Assembly: GCA_902791745.1 (NCBI GenBank)
Contig: CADAWZ010000003.1
Coordinates: 1 to 45,758 of the forward strand
Source: an uncultured bacterium
GTDB taxonomy: Bacteria > Vulcanimicrobiota > CADAWZ01
Reading direction: 5' to 3'
DNA length: 45,758 nucleotides
Shown piece after piece: positions 18,781 to 28,287 of this stretch (the first letter of the stretch is position 1; the number at the start of each line of letters is the position of its first letter). The notes under the pieces are model-generated. The model worked only from the letters and a program-made list of their open reading frames with translations. It did not search any database and had not been told where the DNA came from. The translations under genes were made by a program, and so were the position numbers.

Positions 18781-20013
18781 TTGAATAGAAAAGAAATTAT
18801 AGCAGGAATAGACCTCGGATCGAAATATGTAAGATGTATTGTTGCCGAAGCCTCTGATAGCTCATCTGTAGAAATTTTAGCAATAGGAAAATCTCAGTCA
18901 AGAGGTATAAAACAAGGTAGTATAATAAATATAGGTGATGCTTATAGGTCTATATTAGAAGCAGTACAAGATGCAGAAAATATAGCTGAATTTAAATTAA
19001 AAAATGTATATATTGGATTAAGTGGAAAATTTGTTATTTCAAGTTTAGAACTTGCTGGCATTGCAATAACAAGTCAAGAAAAAATAATAACAGAAAATGA
19101 TATTCAAAGAGTAAAAGACCAAGTTAGACTTTTAGTAAGGCACCCTGAATATGATTTAATTCAAATAGTCCCTTGTGAATACATAGTAGATGGATTTGCA
19201 GGAATAAGCAATCCTAAAGACATGTCAGGGTTAAGATTAGAACTATCTGCAATGATGATTTTAGGTCTAAACACCTATCTTTCCAATATATCAAAAGCAA
19301 TAGAAGAAGCAGGACTTGAAGTTGAAGATAATGGATTTGTACTTGGAAGTTACTGCTCAGCTATATCTACTTTATCTGAAGAAATGAAAGATATTGGAAC
19401 CCTATTGATGGACATAGGAAGCGAAACTACAAATATAATCATATACAGAAATAAAAAGATGATAATGTCAAAGGTTATTCCATTCGGTGGAGAAAATTTG
19501 ACAAGGGATATTTCAAATGTTTTTGGAATAAAACCAAATGAGGCAGAAAGACTTAAAATAACAAAAGGAAATGCATGTTTAGATTTGGTAGAAGAAGATG
19601 AAGAATTATTGGGTGATTCTATAGCCTCAAATACTTCTGTTAAAATATTGAGAAAAGAATTAGCAGAAGTAATAGAAGCGAGAATGAACCAAACATTGAC
19701 CAGAATAAAAAAAGAATTGAGCCAATATCTAAAAACTCCAATAGGAGTAATTGTATTAACAGGTGGAACATCAAATTTAGAAGGAATTGAAACTTGTGTC
19801 GGAAGATTTTTTGATCGCCCTGTTAGAATAGGAAAAGTGATAGAGCCCAAAGGGCTTTCAGACGAAATGTCTGTAAGTGAAAATTCAATGTTGATGGGTC
19901 TTGTGTTACATGGAGCAAGTAAAGCAGAAAGAAAAACTGATAAACCACCATCAAAAAATAAATTTTCAGATTTTTTTGAAAAAGTTTTACAATTTGGAAA
20001 AGAAATTTTTTAA
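18781..20013 (+). CDS. ftsA: Cell division protein FtsA
   Basis: GIDLGS, DIGSETT, GGENLT.DI, AERLK, VLTGGTS; directly upstream of ftsZ. Confidence 0.95.
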   Translation: MNRKEIIAGIDLGSKYVRCIVAEASDSSSVEILAIGKSQSRGIKQGSIINIGDAYRSILEAVQDAENIAEFKLKNVYIGLSGKFVISSLELAGIAITSQEKIITENDIQRVKDQVRLLVRHPEYDLIQIVPCEYIVDGFAGISNPKDMSGLRLELSAMMILGLNTYLSNISKAIEEAGLEVEDNGFVLGSYCSAISTLSEEMKDIGTLLMDIGSETTNIIIYRNKKMIMSKVIPFGGENLTRDISNVFGIKPNEAERLKITKGNACLDLVEEDEELLGDSIASNTSVKILRKELAEVIEARMNQTLTRIKKELSQYLKTPIGVIVLTGGTSNLEGIETCVGRFFDRPVRIGKVIEPKGLSDEMSVSENSMLMGLVLHGASKAERKTDKPPSKNKFSDFFEKVLQFGKEIF

Positions 20014-20086
20014 ATTTTAATTAAGGGTCTGTTCCCAAGAATCTCATCTCTTTTTATGAGAGATTCAAGAATGGAGGTTATATATT

Positions 20087-21283
20087 TTGAATACATCCAA
20101 AGGTGATAAATACATTCCAGCTGGTATAGAAAAATTGACACAATCAATAAATAAATCACAACAAAATAATGTGTCAAAATCAACTATAGACTTAAACACA
20201 CCAGAAAAAATAGCTGGAATAAAAGTTGTAGGAGTTGGTGGTGCTGGCTGTAATGCAGTCAATCGTATGATCCATACTGGATTAAAAGGCGTTGATTTTA
20301 TAAGCATAAATACAGACCAACAGGCATTATCATATTTACAAGATGACACAGCTCGAATAATTCCTATAGGTCAAAACACAACAAAAGGAGTAGGAGCTGG
20401 TGGAAATCCTGAAATCGGTAAAAAAGCAATAGAAGAAAACAGAGCCGAAATAGTTTCAGCTCTTCAAGGTGCTGACATGGTTTTCATCACTGCTGGAATG
20501 GGAGGAGGAACAGGTACTGGAGCTTCTCCAACTGTTGCCGAAATAGCTAAAGAGATAGGAGCTTTATCAGTAGCTGTAGTAACAAAGCCATTCTCTTTTG
20601 AAGGCAGAATGAGAAGTATAGTTGCCGAAAAAGGCATTGCCCAATTAAAAGAAAAAGTAGATGCCCTTATCGTTATTCCAAACGACAATTTACTAAAAGT
20701 AGTAGATAAAAAGACATCTCTTATAGAAGCATTTAAAGTTGCAGATGATGTATTAAGATATGGAGTTCAAGGAATAACAGATATAATGACAATACCTGGT
20801 CTCATAAATGTCGATTTTGCAGATATACAGACAATTATGTTAAACAGTGGCTCAGCACTTATGGGTATAGGAATGGCTAATGGTGATCAAAGAGCTGTTG
20901 CAGCTGCAGAAGAAGCAATTAAAAGCACTCTTCAAGATACATCTATTGACGGTGCTAAAGGTGTATTATTCTGCATAACTGGCTCAAGTTCAATGACACT
21001 TGCAGAAGTTGACGAAGCTGCTCGAATCATATCACAAGCAGTCGACCCAGATGCAAAAATAATATTTGGAACTGTAATTGACGAAAATTATGCAGATAAT
21101 ATAATGGTTACTGTAATAGCTACTGGTTTTTCTTCAGCAGAAGATAACATGTCTGTAATGCAGGAAGAAGAACAACAGGATTATCCACAATATAATACAT
21201 ATGCTCAGCAGACTTCTGATGACTATGATCAAATACCAGCTATTCAGAGCACAAGAGATAAATTTTTAAATAGAAGAAGATAA
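20087..21283 (+). CDS. ftsZ: Cell division protein FtsZ
   Basis: [22 protein letters not shown] signature, T7 loop [10 protein letters not shown]; TTG start with GGAGG at 20073-20077. Confidence 0.98.
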   Translation: MNTSKGDKYIPAGIEKLTQSINKSQQNNVSKSTIDLNTPEKIAGIKVVGVGGAGCNAVNRMIHTGLKGVDFISINTDQQALSYLQDDTARIIPIGQNTTKGVGAGGNPEIGKKAIEENRAEIVSALQGADMVFITAGMGGGTGTGASPTVAEIAKEIGALSVAVVTKPFSFEGRMRSIVAEKGIAQLKEKVDALIVIPNDNLLKVVDKKTSLIEAFKVADDVLRYGVQGITDIMTIPGLINVDFADIQTIMLNSGSALMGIGMANGDQRAVAAAEEAIKSTLQDTSIDGAKGVLFCITGSSSMTLAEVDEAARIISQAVDPDAKIIFGTVIDENYADNIMVTVIATGFSSAEDNMSVMQEEEQQDYPQYNTYAQQTSDDYDQIPAIQSTRDKFLNRRR

Positions 21284-21327
21284 TTTTTATTAAAACCTCC
21301 ATAAAAAAGTAAAAGGACATTGAAAAA

Positions 21328-21657
21328 ATGGCAGATTTAATGCAACAAGCAATGGAAGCCCTAAAAGTTATGAAGGATCAAAATATAAATTTAGATGATC
21401 TAATTCCAAAAGATACTTATGGGCTTGTAAAAAGTGTAATAGCTTCACTTGGTCAACAAGCATGGATAAATTTAGGCATGCAACCAAATCCACTGACACG
21501 CAAAATTGAAAAAGACCTAAAACAAGCAAAACTTGCTATAGATTGTACTGTAAGTCTATGTGAAATAATGAAACAATATTCTTCTCCAAAAGAAAAAACA
21601 GAGTTAGATACACTTGTACAAAACTTACAGTTAAATTTTGTACAGCAAAATCAGTAA
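21328..21657 (+). CDS. DUF1844 domain protein
   Basis: SLGQQAWINLG..PNP.T....KDLKQAKLAID and C-terminal LQLNFV pattern. Confidence 0.8.
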   Translation: MADLMQQAMEALKVMKDQNINLDDLIPKDTYGLVKSVIASLGQQAWINLGMQPNPLTRKIEKDLKQAKLAIDCTVSLCEIMKQYSSPKEKTELDTLVQNLQLNFVQQNQ

Positions 21658-21672
21658 AATTCAATATTATTA

Positions 21673-21701
21673 TTGCATTTTGTTTATAATTCTGTTATAA
21701 T
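21673..21701 (+). promoter_or_regulatory. Putative sigma70 promoter with extended -10 for pspA
   Basis: TTGCAT (21673-21678), 17-bp spacer containing TG at 21693-21694, TATAAT (21696-21701). Confidence 0.6.
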
Positions 21702-21858
21702 ATTACAAGAGGATAAATATTATAATTAGACGAAATAATTAGCTATTAATTTGTAAATTAAAATTATATATAAAATATAATTGGGGTAAATTGTATTCTA
21801 TTCTGTGAATATTTTTCACAAGTTCTAATCATAATGTTATGTGAAAGGATATAATGCC

Positions 21859-22629
21859 GTGTTTAAAAGACTAAGTAAAATTTTTAAGGGTTTTATGAGC
21901 CTATTTATTAAAAATATCGAAACCCAAAACCCAGAAGCTCTTCTTGAAGCTCAAAAAGAAGAATTAAGACAAAAAATTTCTCAATTCAACACAAATTTAG
22001 CAAAACAAGCTGGTTTTGTTGCAAGATTAGAAAGATTTGTTGCAGAACGTGAAAAGAAAGAAAAAGAATTACTTGCTAAAGCTCAGGCTAACTTCAAAGC
22101 AGGTAACTCTGAAATAGCTGGAAAAGCTGCATTTGAAAGAAAGACTGTTCTTGGAGAATTAGAAAATTACAAAGCACAACTTGTCACAGCTAAACAATCT
22201 TATGAAAACCTTGTAAAAACCAAAGAAGTTACAATAAAAGAAGCAAAATCAAAACTTGAATCTTTACAGCAAAAACTTTCTCAGGTAAAGATGAAAGAAG
22301 CAGAAGCAGAACTTCAAGAAATGTCTCAATCCATGGTTGGAGAACTCGGTGCTGGTGGCGATACAATGAATCGTCTTGAAGAACAACTCAATGAAAGATT
22401 AGAACTTGCCACAGGAAAAGCACAAGTTGCAAAAGATGCTGCAGATTTCTCAGATATAACAATGAAAGAATCAGAACAGAAAGCTCTCGAGAGCCAAGCT
22501 CTTGCAGAACTCGCAGCTTCAATGGGAATGGATTATTCACCTTATGGTCCAGCACCTACTGCTGAAAAAACAATGGGACCACAAGAAGGAGTTGCATTGC
22601 AGAAAAATGCAGATTTAGACATAATTTAA
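21859..22629 (+). CDS. pspA: PspA/IM30 (Vipp1/ESCRT-III superfamily) protein
   Basis: Amphipathic N-terminal helix (FKRLSKIFKGFMSLF), E.QNPEALLE hinge, long coiled coil, AGNSEIAGKA turn, C-terminal ALAELAASMG; GTG 21859 has an AAAGGA RBS. Confidence 0.88.
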   Translation: MFKRLSKIFKGFMSLFIKNIETQNPEALLEAQKEELRQKISQFNTNLAKQAGFVARLERFVAEREKKEKELLAKAQANFKAGNSEIAGKAAFERKTVLGELENYKAQLVTAKQSYENLVKTKEVTIKEAKSKLESLQQKLSQVKMKEAEAELQEMSQSMVGELGAGGDTMNRLEEQLNERLELATGKAQVAKDAADFSDITMKESEQKALESQALAELAASMGMDYSPYGPAPTAEKTMGPQEGVALQKNADLDII

Positions 22630-22683
22630 CAAAAATAACGACAATATCCCAAAATGCAAAAAAAATGGGAGATTTAATAGTTT

Positions 22684-23541
22684 ATGAAAAATAAAATAAC
22701 TTATTGGGATTTACTGAAAGAATGTTTTGGTTTACCCTTAAACCTGCTATTTCTTACTTTTATGATAATATTTGGACCTGCTCTCATTGGTTCAATGCCC
22801 ATTGCATACATAACAGGTGGAATAATTGAACTTCTTTGGTTATTATTTGGTGGTAATACCCCAATAATCCAAAATAGAATTAAACAAAAAGAACAGAAAA
22901 AAATATTAGCAGAATGGAACAAAAAGAAAAATAGAATTCTTGAAAAAATTTCAGCAATTGGAAGAAATAGATTTTTCAAATTTGAAAACACTGGAAAAGC
23001 TATTTCATCAATAATAAACCAATCTAAAAAAGATGGGCTTAGTGTAGATACTTCAAAATTAAAAACAGTAAATCAACTTTTATGGCTTTCATTAAAACTT
23101 CTCTATTCTCGTGAACTGATGGTAAAAAATACAAAAGGTAATACAAAAGAAATGTTGGTTACCAAAATCAACAACATGAAAAAGAATAGAAATAATGAAA
23201 CATCAGAAAAACTTATAAAAGAACTCGATTCTACAATAAAAACAATGGAACAGAGACTCGAAACCTTTGATAAAGTCTCAGAAGATATGAAATCAATTGA
23301 TTTAAATCTTATGAGAATCGAAGAGCAATTAGAACTTCTCAAAGATTTAGCTACAGTCGATGTCCAAAATTCAAAAGGAAGTGTATCTAAACAAATAGAT
23401 AATGCACAACAATCAATAGATGAAAATCAGGAATGGATGGAAACAGCAAAAGATTTGTTTGCTCCCCTTGATGATGATCTGACAGAAACGCCCCCTGACG
23501 ATGTTTTCGTTCAAGGTGTTTCATCTGGTGGGATATTTTAG
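22684..23541 (+). CDS. Hypothetical membrane-anchored coiled-coil protein
   Basis: Two N-terminal hydrophobic segments, then a long helical region and an acidic C-terminal tail. Confidence 0.8.
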   Translation: MKNKITYWDLLKECFGLPLNLLFLTFMIIFGPALIGSMPIAYITGGIIELLWLLFGGNTPIIQNRIKQKEQKKILAEWNKKKNRILEKISAIGRNRFFKFENTGKAISSIINQSKKDGLSVDTSKLKTVNQLLWLSLKLLYSRELMVKNTKGNTKEMLVTKINNMKKNRNNETSEKLIKELDSTIKTMEQRLETFDKVSEDMKSIDLNLMRIEEQLELLKDLATVDVQNSKGSVSKQIDNAQQSIDENQEWMETAKDLFAPLDDDLTETPPDDVFVQGVSSGGIF

Positions 23542-23547
23542 GACACT

Positions 23548-23601
23548 ATGGCATTAATTCCACCGCTTCTATAAAGGCGGAAAATTAATTGCCATTTTTT
23601 T
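23548..23601 (+). terminator. Intrinsic terminator-like hairpin
   Basis: ATGGCA-TTAATT..CCGC / GCGG..AATTAA-TGCCAT followed by a T run. Confidence 0.65.
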
Positions 23602-23616
23602 ATAATATGCTATAAT
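23589..23616 (+). promoter_or_regulatory. Putative sigma70 promoter for the AAA+ gene, overlapping the terminator
   Basis: TTGCCA (23589-23594), 16-bp spacer, TG-C-TATAAT (23608-23616). Confidence 0.5.
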
Positions 23617-23645
23617 ATAATAAAAAATATTGGAGGCTCTATTAA

Positions 23646-25421
23646 ATGACAGAAATTGCTTCTTGGGCAAAAACAATGCAACAATACTTTATTGCAGGAA
23701 CTTCTTCTCAATTTATTCTATACGGAAATATTTTTGACTATGTCCCTGTCAAAGAAAGAAATAAACTGGAATTCATATCATTGAGAACTTTTTTAAATGA
23801 TGTAATGTTTGCACCATTTGATGTTGTGATATTCTATGATAGAGGCAAGGGAATAAGAGTAAAAAAAGGACAAGAAGAATTTCGTCGTTTTTTAGCAGGA
23901 TACGATAGTTTCAACCATACCAACTATGCAACATTTATGGGCAATTTACCAAGGGATCCCAAAGTTGCAATAGACTTGATCGATAGATTTATACAGTTAA
24001 ATCTACAAAAAGTAAAATTTTCAGAAAATGACAGAAATGCAGATGGAACACTAAAATCATATACAGTTCCTGTAAAGATAGCCATTGTCGTAGATTATGC
24101 CCAATATGTAGTTCCAAGAGGCGAGCTCATGCAAATGGTAGGAAATACAAGTGAAGTCCTCATAAAAATACTCGATTGGGCTTCTGATCCTGCAATAACC
24201 AATGCCCATGTTGCAACTTGTCTTATAACAGAAAATTTGCAAGAACTAAACACACTTCTTATTGAAAGTCCATACAACACAAAAATAAAACTTCCAATGC
24301 CTGATGAAAATGAATTGGCAGATTACTGCAGATTTTTATCAGAAAGAATGCCTGATTATTATGAATATTGCAAAATAGAACCAAGATTGCTCGGAGCTGG
24401 AATGTTAGGTCTCACAAAAGCTGGGGTAAATTCAATAATCTCATTTGCAATAAAAAATAAACAAGAACTAAATCCAAAGATTCTATCACAAAACAAAAAA
24501 AGCTATATAGAAAAAGAATGTAACGATCTACTTGAGTTCATAGAATCTCCATATAATCTTGATATGGTAGCAGGTCATAGAGCTGCAAAAAAATGGTTAA
24601 AAGAAGATGCAGAATTGATAAGAAATGGAAAATTGAGATCGATTCCAATGGGTTATCTTTTGACAGGAGGAATTGGTACTGGTAAAACATTTTTGGCAAA
24701 TTGTTGGGCTGGTGAGCTTGGAATTCCATTTGTAAAATTTAAAAATTTCAGAGATAAATGGCAAGGTTCAACAGAAGGAAATCTTGAAAAAATATTTACA
24801 GTTCTCGATGCCTTAGGTCAAGTCATTGTATTTATTGATGAAGCGGACCAATCAACAGGAAAAAGAGAAGGTGGCGGAGGCGATTCTGGAGTATCAGGCA
24901 GAGTCTATTCAATGTTAGCCCAAAAAATGAGTGACACAAAAAACAGAGGAAAAATAATTTGGATACTTGCAACATCTCGACCTGACTTACTTGAAGTCGA
25001 TTTAAAACGACAAGGAAGACTTGATGTACATATTCCACTTTTTGCACCTCAAACCGATGAAGATCGAAATGAATTATTCAAAGTAGTTGCCAAAAAATCT
25101 GGTTCAGATTTAAAAGATGAAGATATCCCTGAACTTCCAGCTGGTCTATCTTCATTAGGTGGAAACGAAATGGAGGCATTACTTGTAAGAGCTCACAGAC
25201 AATTTGATCTACATACAACAGATGAATCACTTGCAGAAATACTCAAAAAATTGTTAAAAGATTTTAGACCTTCTGCATATACAGCTGCTCTCGAATATAT
25301 GGATTTAATTGCAGTAAAAGAATGCACAGACTCAATGTTCTTACCAGAAAAATACAAAACAATAACTCCTGAAGAACTGGACGAAAGAATAGAACAAGTA
25401 AAACATAGAATGAATATCTAA
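23646..25421 (+). CDS. Classic-clade AAA+ ATPase with a degenerate N-terminal AAA-like domain
   Basis: Walker A GGIGTGKT, pore loop DKWQGSTE, Walker B VFIDEAD, sensor-1 ATSRP, Arg finger LKRQGRLD; N-half has FILYGN and IVVDYAQ remnants; GGAGG RBS. Confidence 0.92.
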   Translation: MTEIASWAKTMQQYFIAGTSSQFILYGNIFDYVPVKERNKLEFISLRTFLNDVMFAPFDVVIFYDRGKGIRVKKGQEEFRRFLAGYDSFNHTNYATFMGNLPRDPKVAIDLIDRFIQLNLQKVKFSENDRNADGTLKSYTVPVKIAIVVDYAQYVVPRGELMQMVGNTSEVLIKILDWASDPAITNAHVATCLITENLQELNTLLIESPYNTKIKLPMPDENELADYCRFLSERMPDYYEYCKIEPRLLGAGMLGLTKAGVNSIISFAIKNKQELNPKILSQNKKSYIEKECNDLLEFIESPYNLDMVAGHRAAKKWLKEDAELIRNGKLRSIPMGYLLTGGIGTGKTFLANCWAGELGIPFVKFKNFRDKWQGSTEGNLEKIFTVLDALGQVIVFIDEADQSTGKREGGGGDSGVSGRVYSMLAQKMSDTKNRGKIIWILATSRPDLLEVDLKRQGRLDVHIPLFAPQTDEDRNELFKVVAKKSGSDLKDEDIPELPAGLSSLGGNEMEALLVRAHRQFDLHTTDESLAEILKKLLKDFRPSAYTAALEYMDLIAVKECTDSMFLPEKYKTITPEELDERIEQVKHRMNI

Positions 25422-25436
25422 AGAAGGTATAAAAGC

Positions 25437-26474
25437 ATGTCGGTTTTTGATTCAATAAAACAAATGTTTAACAACAAAGACGATTCAAGTAAACACTATA
25501 AAAAAGGTGATTATTCAAGTCTTGTTGCCGAAACGATGAATTCATTAGATCAACTTGAAGGAGTAAAAATGGATAACTCCTATGTGTCACCTTATGAAAA
25601 ACGAGATTTTGCAAACAGTGTTGAAATAATGGATAAAGACCCAAAAGCAGAATTATTTTCAAGACATGCTGCTCTAAAAGCTAAAAATATAAACAAAAAT
25701 ATTCCAAAACAAACAGAAGATTCATTTGCAAGTATGATGAAAAAAACTGTAAATTCACCAGAAAATCAAATGAATCAAAATCCTATTATTTCTAAAGAAG
25801 ATTCTTTTTCAACATTAATGAAAAAGAAAGTGAGCAGTTACAAAGAAGATTCAACACAATTTCATACACAAAAATCAGGAGAATTAAAAAGAATAGAATT
25901 AGAAAACCGAAATGAGAACATAAATATAAGAAAAGAAAAAGAACCAAGAGTTGCTCAAGGATTACTTCAATTACTTGAAAATAAAGAACAACATTCAACA
26001 GACAATACGAACTTAGAATCATTAGTTTCCAAAGGTGAAGAATGGAAAAATTTTGACGAAATTTATGCTTTGACAAATGTTCCTGTATCAAATGACGGAA
26101 TGTCTATAGAAACTGTAATAGGAATGTCTTCCAAAATGTCAACAATGCCATTGGAATTGAGAAAAAATTCAATTTTAAGTTATCTGTCAAGCAAAAATAT
26201 AGCTCCAATATCAATAATTGAAGACGGAGAAAGAAAACTTAAAGCTATCGACACATACGAATCATTTATTGAAAACAGAATAAACAAGAGAAAAAAAAGG
26301 ATAAAATCAGAAATAGAACTCTTACAAAAGAAGATATTAGAACGAGAAGAAATACTTACAAATGATGAAAAACATTTCAGTGAGTGGAAAAATGAAAAAA
26401 CAATACTTGAAGATATGATGAAAGAAGCATTTGAATGCTTAGGGAAATCTAATAATGACGGAATCAATAATTAA
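25437..26474 (+). CDS. Hypothetical protein: low-complexity N-half, helical/coiled-coil C-half
   Basis: 345-aa ORF 15 bp after the ATPase stop; overlaps the dedA start. Confidence 0.8.
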   Translation: MSVFDSIKQMFNNKDDSSKHYKKGDYSSLVAETMNSLDQLEGVKMDNSYVSPYEKRDFANSVEIMDKDPKAELFSRHAALKAKNINKNIPKQTEDSFASMMKKTVNSPENQMNQNPIISKEDSFSTLMKKKVSSYKEDSTQFHTQKSGELKRIELENRNENINIRKEKEPRVAQGLLQLLENKEQHSTDNTNLESLVSKGEEWKNFDEIYALTNVPVSNDGMSIETVIGMSSKMSTMPLELRKNSILSYLSSKNIAPISIIEDGERKLKAIDTYESFIENRINKRKKRIKSEIELLQKKILEREEILTNDEKHFSEWKNEKTILEDMMKEAFECLGKSNNDGINN

Positions 26475-27150
26475 CTGTGTAGAATATTTTTCATCTTACG
26501 CCCATATATGGGGATTAATTTTTATATTTTTATTCATGACAATGGAAAGTACAATACTTCCATTACCAAGCGAAATAGTAATGATTCCTGCTGGATTTAT
26601 GGCTTACAGATGTGAACTTCTATGTCGCTCTTTTTGGCCAGATTTTTTCTTAGCTGTAATAGCTGGAATACTCGGTTCAATATGTGGAGCTTGGATAAAT
26701 TACGCTGTATCTTTAAAATTAGGGAGACCAATTTTATACAAATACGGTAAATATTTCTTCATAAAAGAACATGCTTTAAAAAGAGCTGAAGAAATATTTA
26801 ATAAATATGGAGATATGGCAACATTTGTATGTAGATTAATACCTGTGTTAAGGCATTTAATATCAATACCTGCAGGATTATCAAAAATGAATCCAAAGAG
26901 CTTTACATTATATACTGGTTTAGGTGCTGGACTTTGGATGTTCATTTTAACAGGGATAGGTTCTTATTTAGGAGTAATAGCTGGCTCAAAAACGAGTTAT
27001 AGAGAAATCATCGAAATGGGAGAAAAACTATTACATGAACATTTCTTAGTCATAATTATCTCTGTTATATTGCTTGCTGTAATATATAGTTTTATACATA
27101 AAAAAGTAATGGGGGAAAATGATAAGAAGGAGGAAAAAAAAGATGAATAA
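26455..27150 (+). CDS. DedA family membrane protein
   Basis: MESTILPLPSEIVMIPAGF, GAWINY..S...GR, CRLIPVLRHLISIPAG. Confidence 0.93.
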   Translation: MTESIINCVEYFSSYAHIWGLIFIFLFMTMESTILPLPSEIVMIPAGFMAYRCELLCRSFWPDFFLAVIAGILGSICGAWINYAVSLKLGRPILYKYGKYFFIKEHALKRAEEIFNKYGDMATFVCRLIPVLRHLISIPAGLSKMNPKSFTLYTGLGAGLWMFILTGIGSYLGVIAGSKTSYREIIEMGEKLLHEHFLVIIISVILLAVIYSFIHKKVMGENDKKEEKKDE

Positions 27151-27604
27151 ATTTATTGGTTTAATTTCTGCTTTTGCTATGTTTATTGCTTTATCTTGTA
27201 GTGTCAGTGCTTATGACGATCCACTTTTAAGTAGACCACAACCAATGGAGAGAAAATGTAATTATATTCGTTTTTCACAAGATTACTATGAGAATAATTA
27301 CGGAACTCAATATGTTTACAATAAACCATCTTACAGACCTATAGTTGCATCGCCTAATGATAGATATCTTCCAAAACACATTATAAAATCTAACAATGAT
27401 CCTGTTGAGACTAACGATATATTTGGAACACAACCGACATACACACCTATAAATAAGTCTCCCATATATAATCAAAATATTCCAAATAGTGCAATAAAAA
27501 ATAACAACTTAAACACTAATAATTCTTATGGGACATATCCTTGGAATGTAAAATATACTTATACACCAGCAACACAGATAAAATATACACCTATCCACAA
27601 ATAA
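27143..27604 (+). CDS. Hypothetical secreted protein (Asn/Pro/Tyr-rich)
   Basis: ATG 27143 after AGGAGG; signal-peptide-like MNKFIGLISAFAMFIALSCSVSA. Confidence 0.7.
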   Translation: MNKFIGLISAFAMFIALSCSVSAYDDPLLSRPQPMERKCNYIRFSQDYYENNYGTQYVYNKPSYRPIVASPNDRYLPKHIIKSNNDPVETNDIFGTQPTYTPINKSPIYNQNIPNSAIKNNNLNTNNSYGTYPWNVKYTYTPATQIKYTPIHK

Positions 27605-27606
27605 CT

Positions 27607-28287
27607 ATGACAAAATATATTCCAACGATAGAAGACTTAAAATCCATAAATATTTTTTCATCGTTAAATGATAAAGAGCTAAATTTGATAAAAAAATTTA
27701 GCTCTAAAATTTCTTATACAAAAAACACTATAATTTGTCTAAGTGGCGACCCTGCTACATTTTTTGCAGGAATAATAAAAGGTAAAATAAAGGTATCTTC
27801 TTTTTCTGAATCAGGAAAAGAAATTGCCTTTTATTACCTATACCCCAAAGATTGCTTTGGGGAAATGTCAATATTTGACAAAAAGTCATACAGATCAGCC
27901 ACTTTGACAACCGTTTCAAAATCAGAAATAATAATAATAAAAAATGTTGATTTTATTAGACTAATAAATGAAATACCTTCTCTTTTTATTAAATTAGGAG
28001 AAATTCTTGCAGATAGATTGAGACATTCTAATAAAAAAGTAGAGTCAATGTGTTTCTTTACATTAAAACAAAAAGTAACAGATTTTTTAATTGAATGTTG
28101 TGAAAAATCAAATAACTATGTCTGTTCACAAAAAGAAATAGTAGAATTTACAGGTGCAAATAGGGAAAGTATAAGCCGTGTAATATCTGAAATGAGAAAT
28201 AATGGAATAATTTTAAAATCTGAAAAAAATAATTTATTAAAAATAAATTTGGAGAAATTAAAATCGTACAATGAAAAAAATAAATGA
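27607..28287 (+). CDS. Crp/Fnr family transcriptional regulator
   Basis: cNMP-binding domain (GKIKV, CFGEMS, RSAT) and C-terminal HTH (SQKEIVEFTGANRESISR). Confidence 0.92.
   Translation: MTKYIPTIEDLKSINIFSSLNDKELNLIKKFSSKISYTKNTIICLSGDPATFFAGIIKGKIKVSSFSESGKEIAFYYLYPKDCFGEMSIFDKKSYRSATLTTVSKSEIIIIKNVDFIRLINEIPSLFIKLGEILADRLRHSNKKVESMCFFTLKQKVTDFLIECCEKSNNYVCSQKEIVEFTGANRESISRVISEMRNNGIILKSEKNNLLKINLEKLKSYNEKNK

Noticed and set aside
20025-20070. Possible hairpin between ftsA and ftsZ (GAATCTC...GAGATTC)
   Set aside because: Short stem with no T tail; could be chance in AT-rich DNA.
23646-25421. Calling the ATPase a true Vps4 or FtsH ortholog
   Set aside because: No recognisable MIT domain, TM segments or HExxH protease motif; only classic-clade membership is supported.
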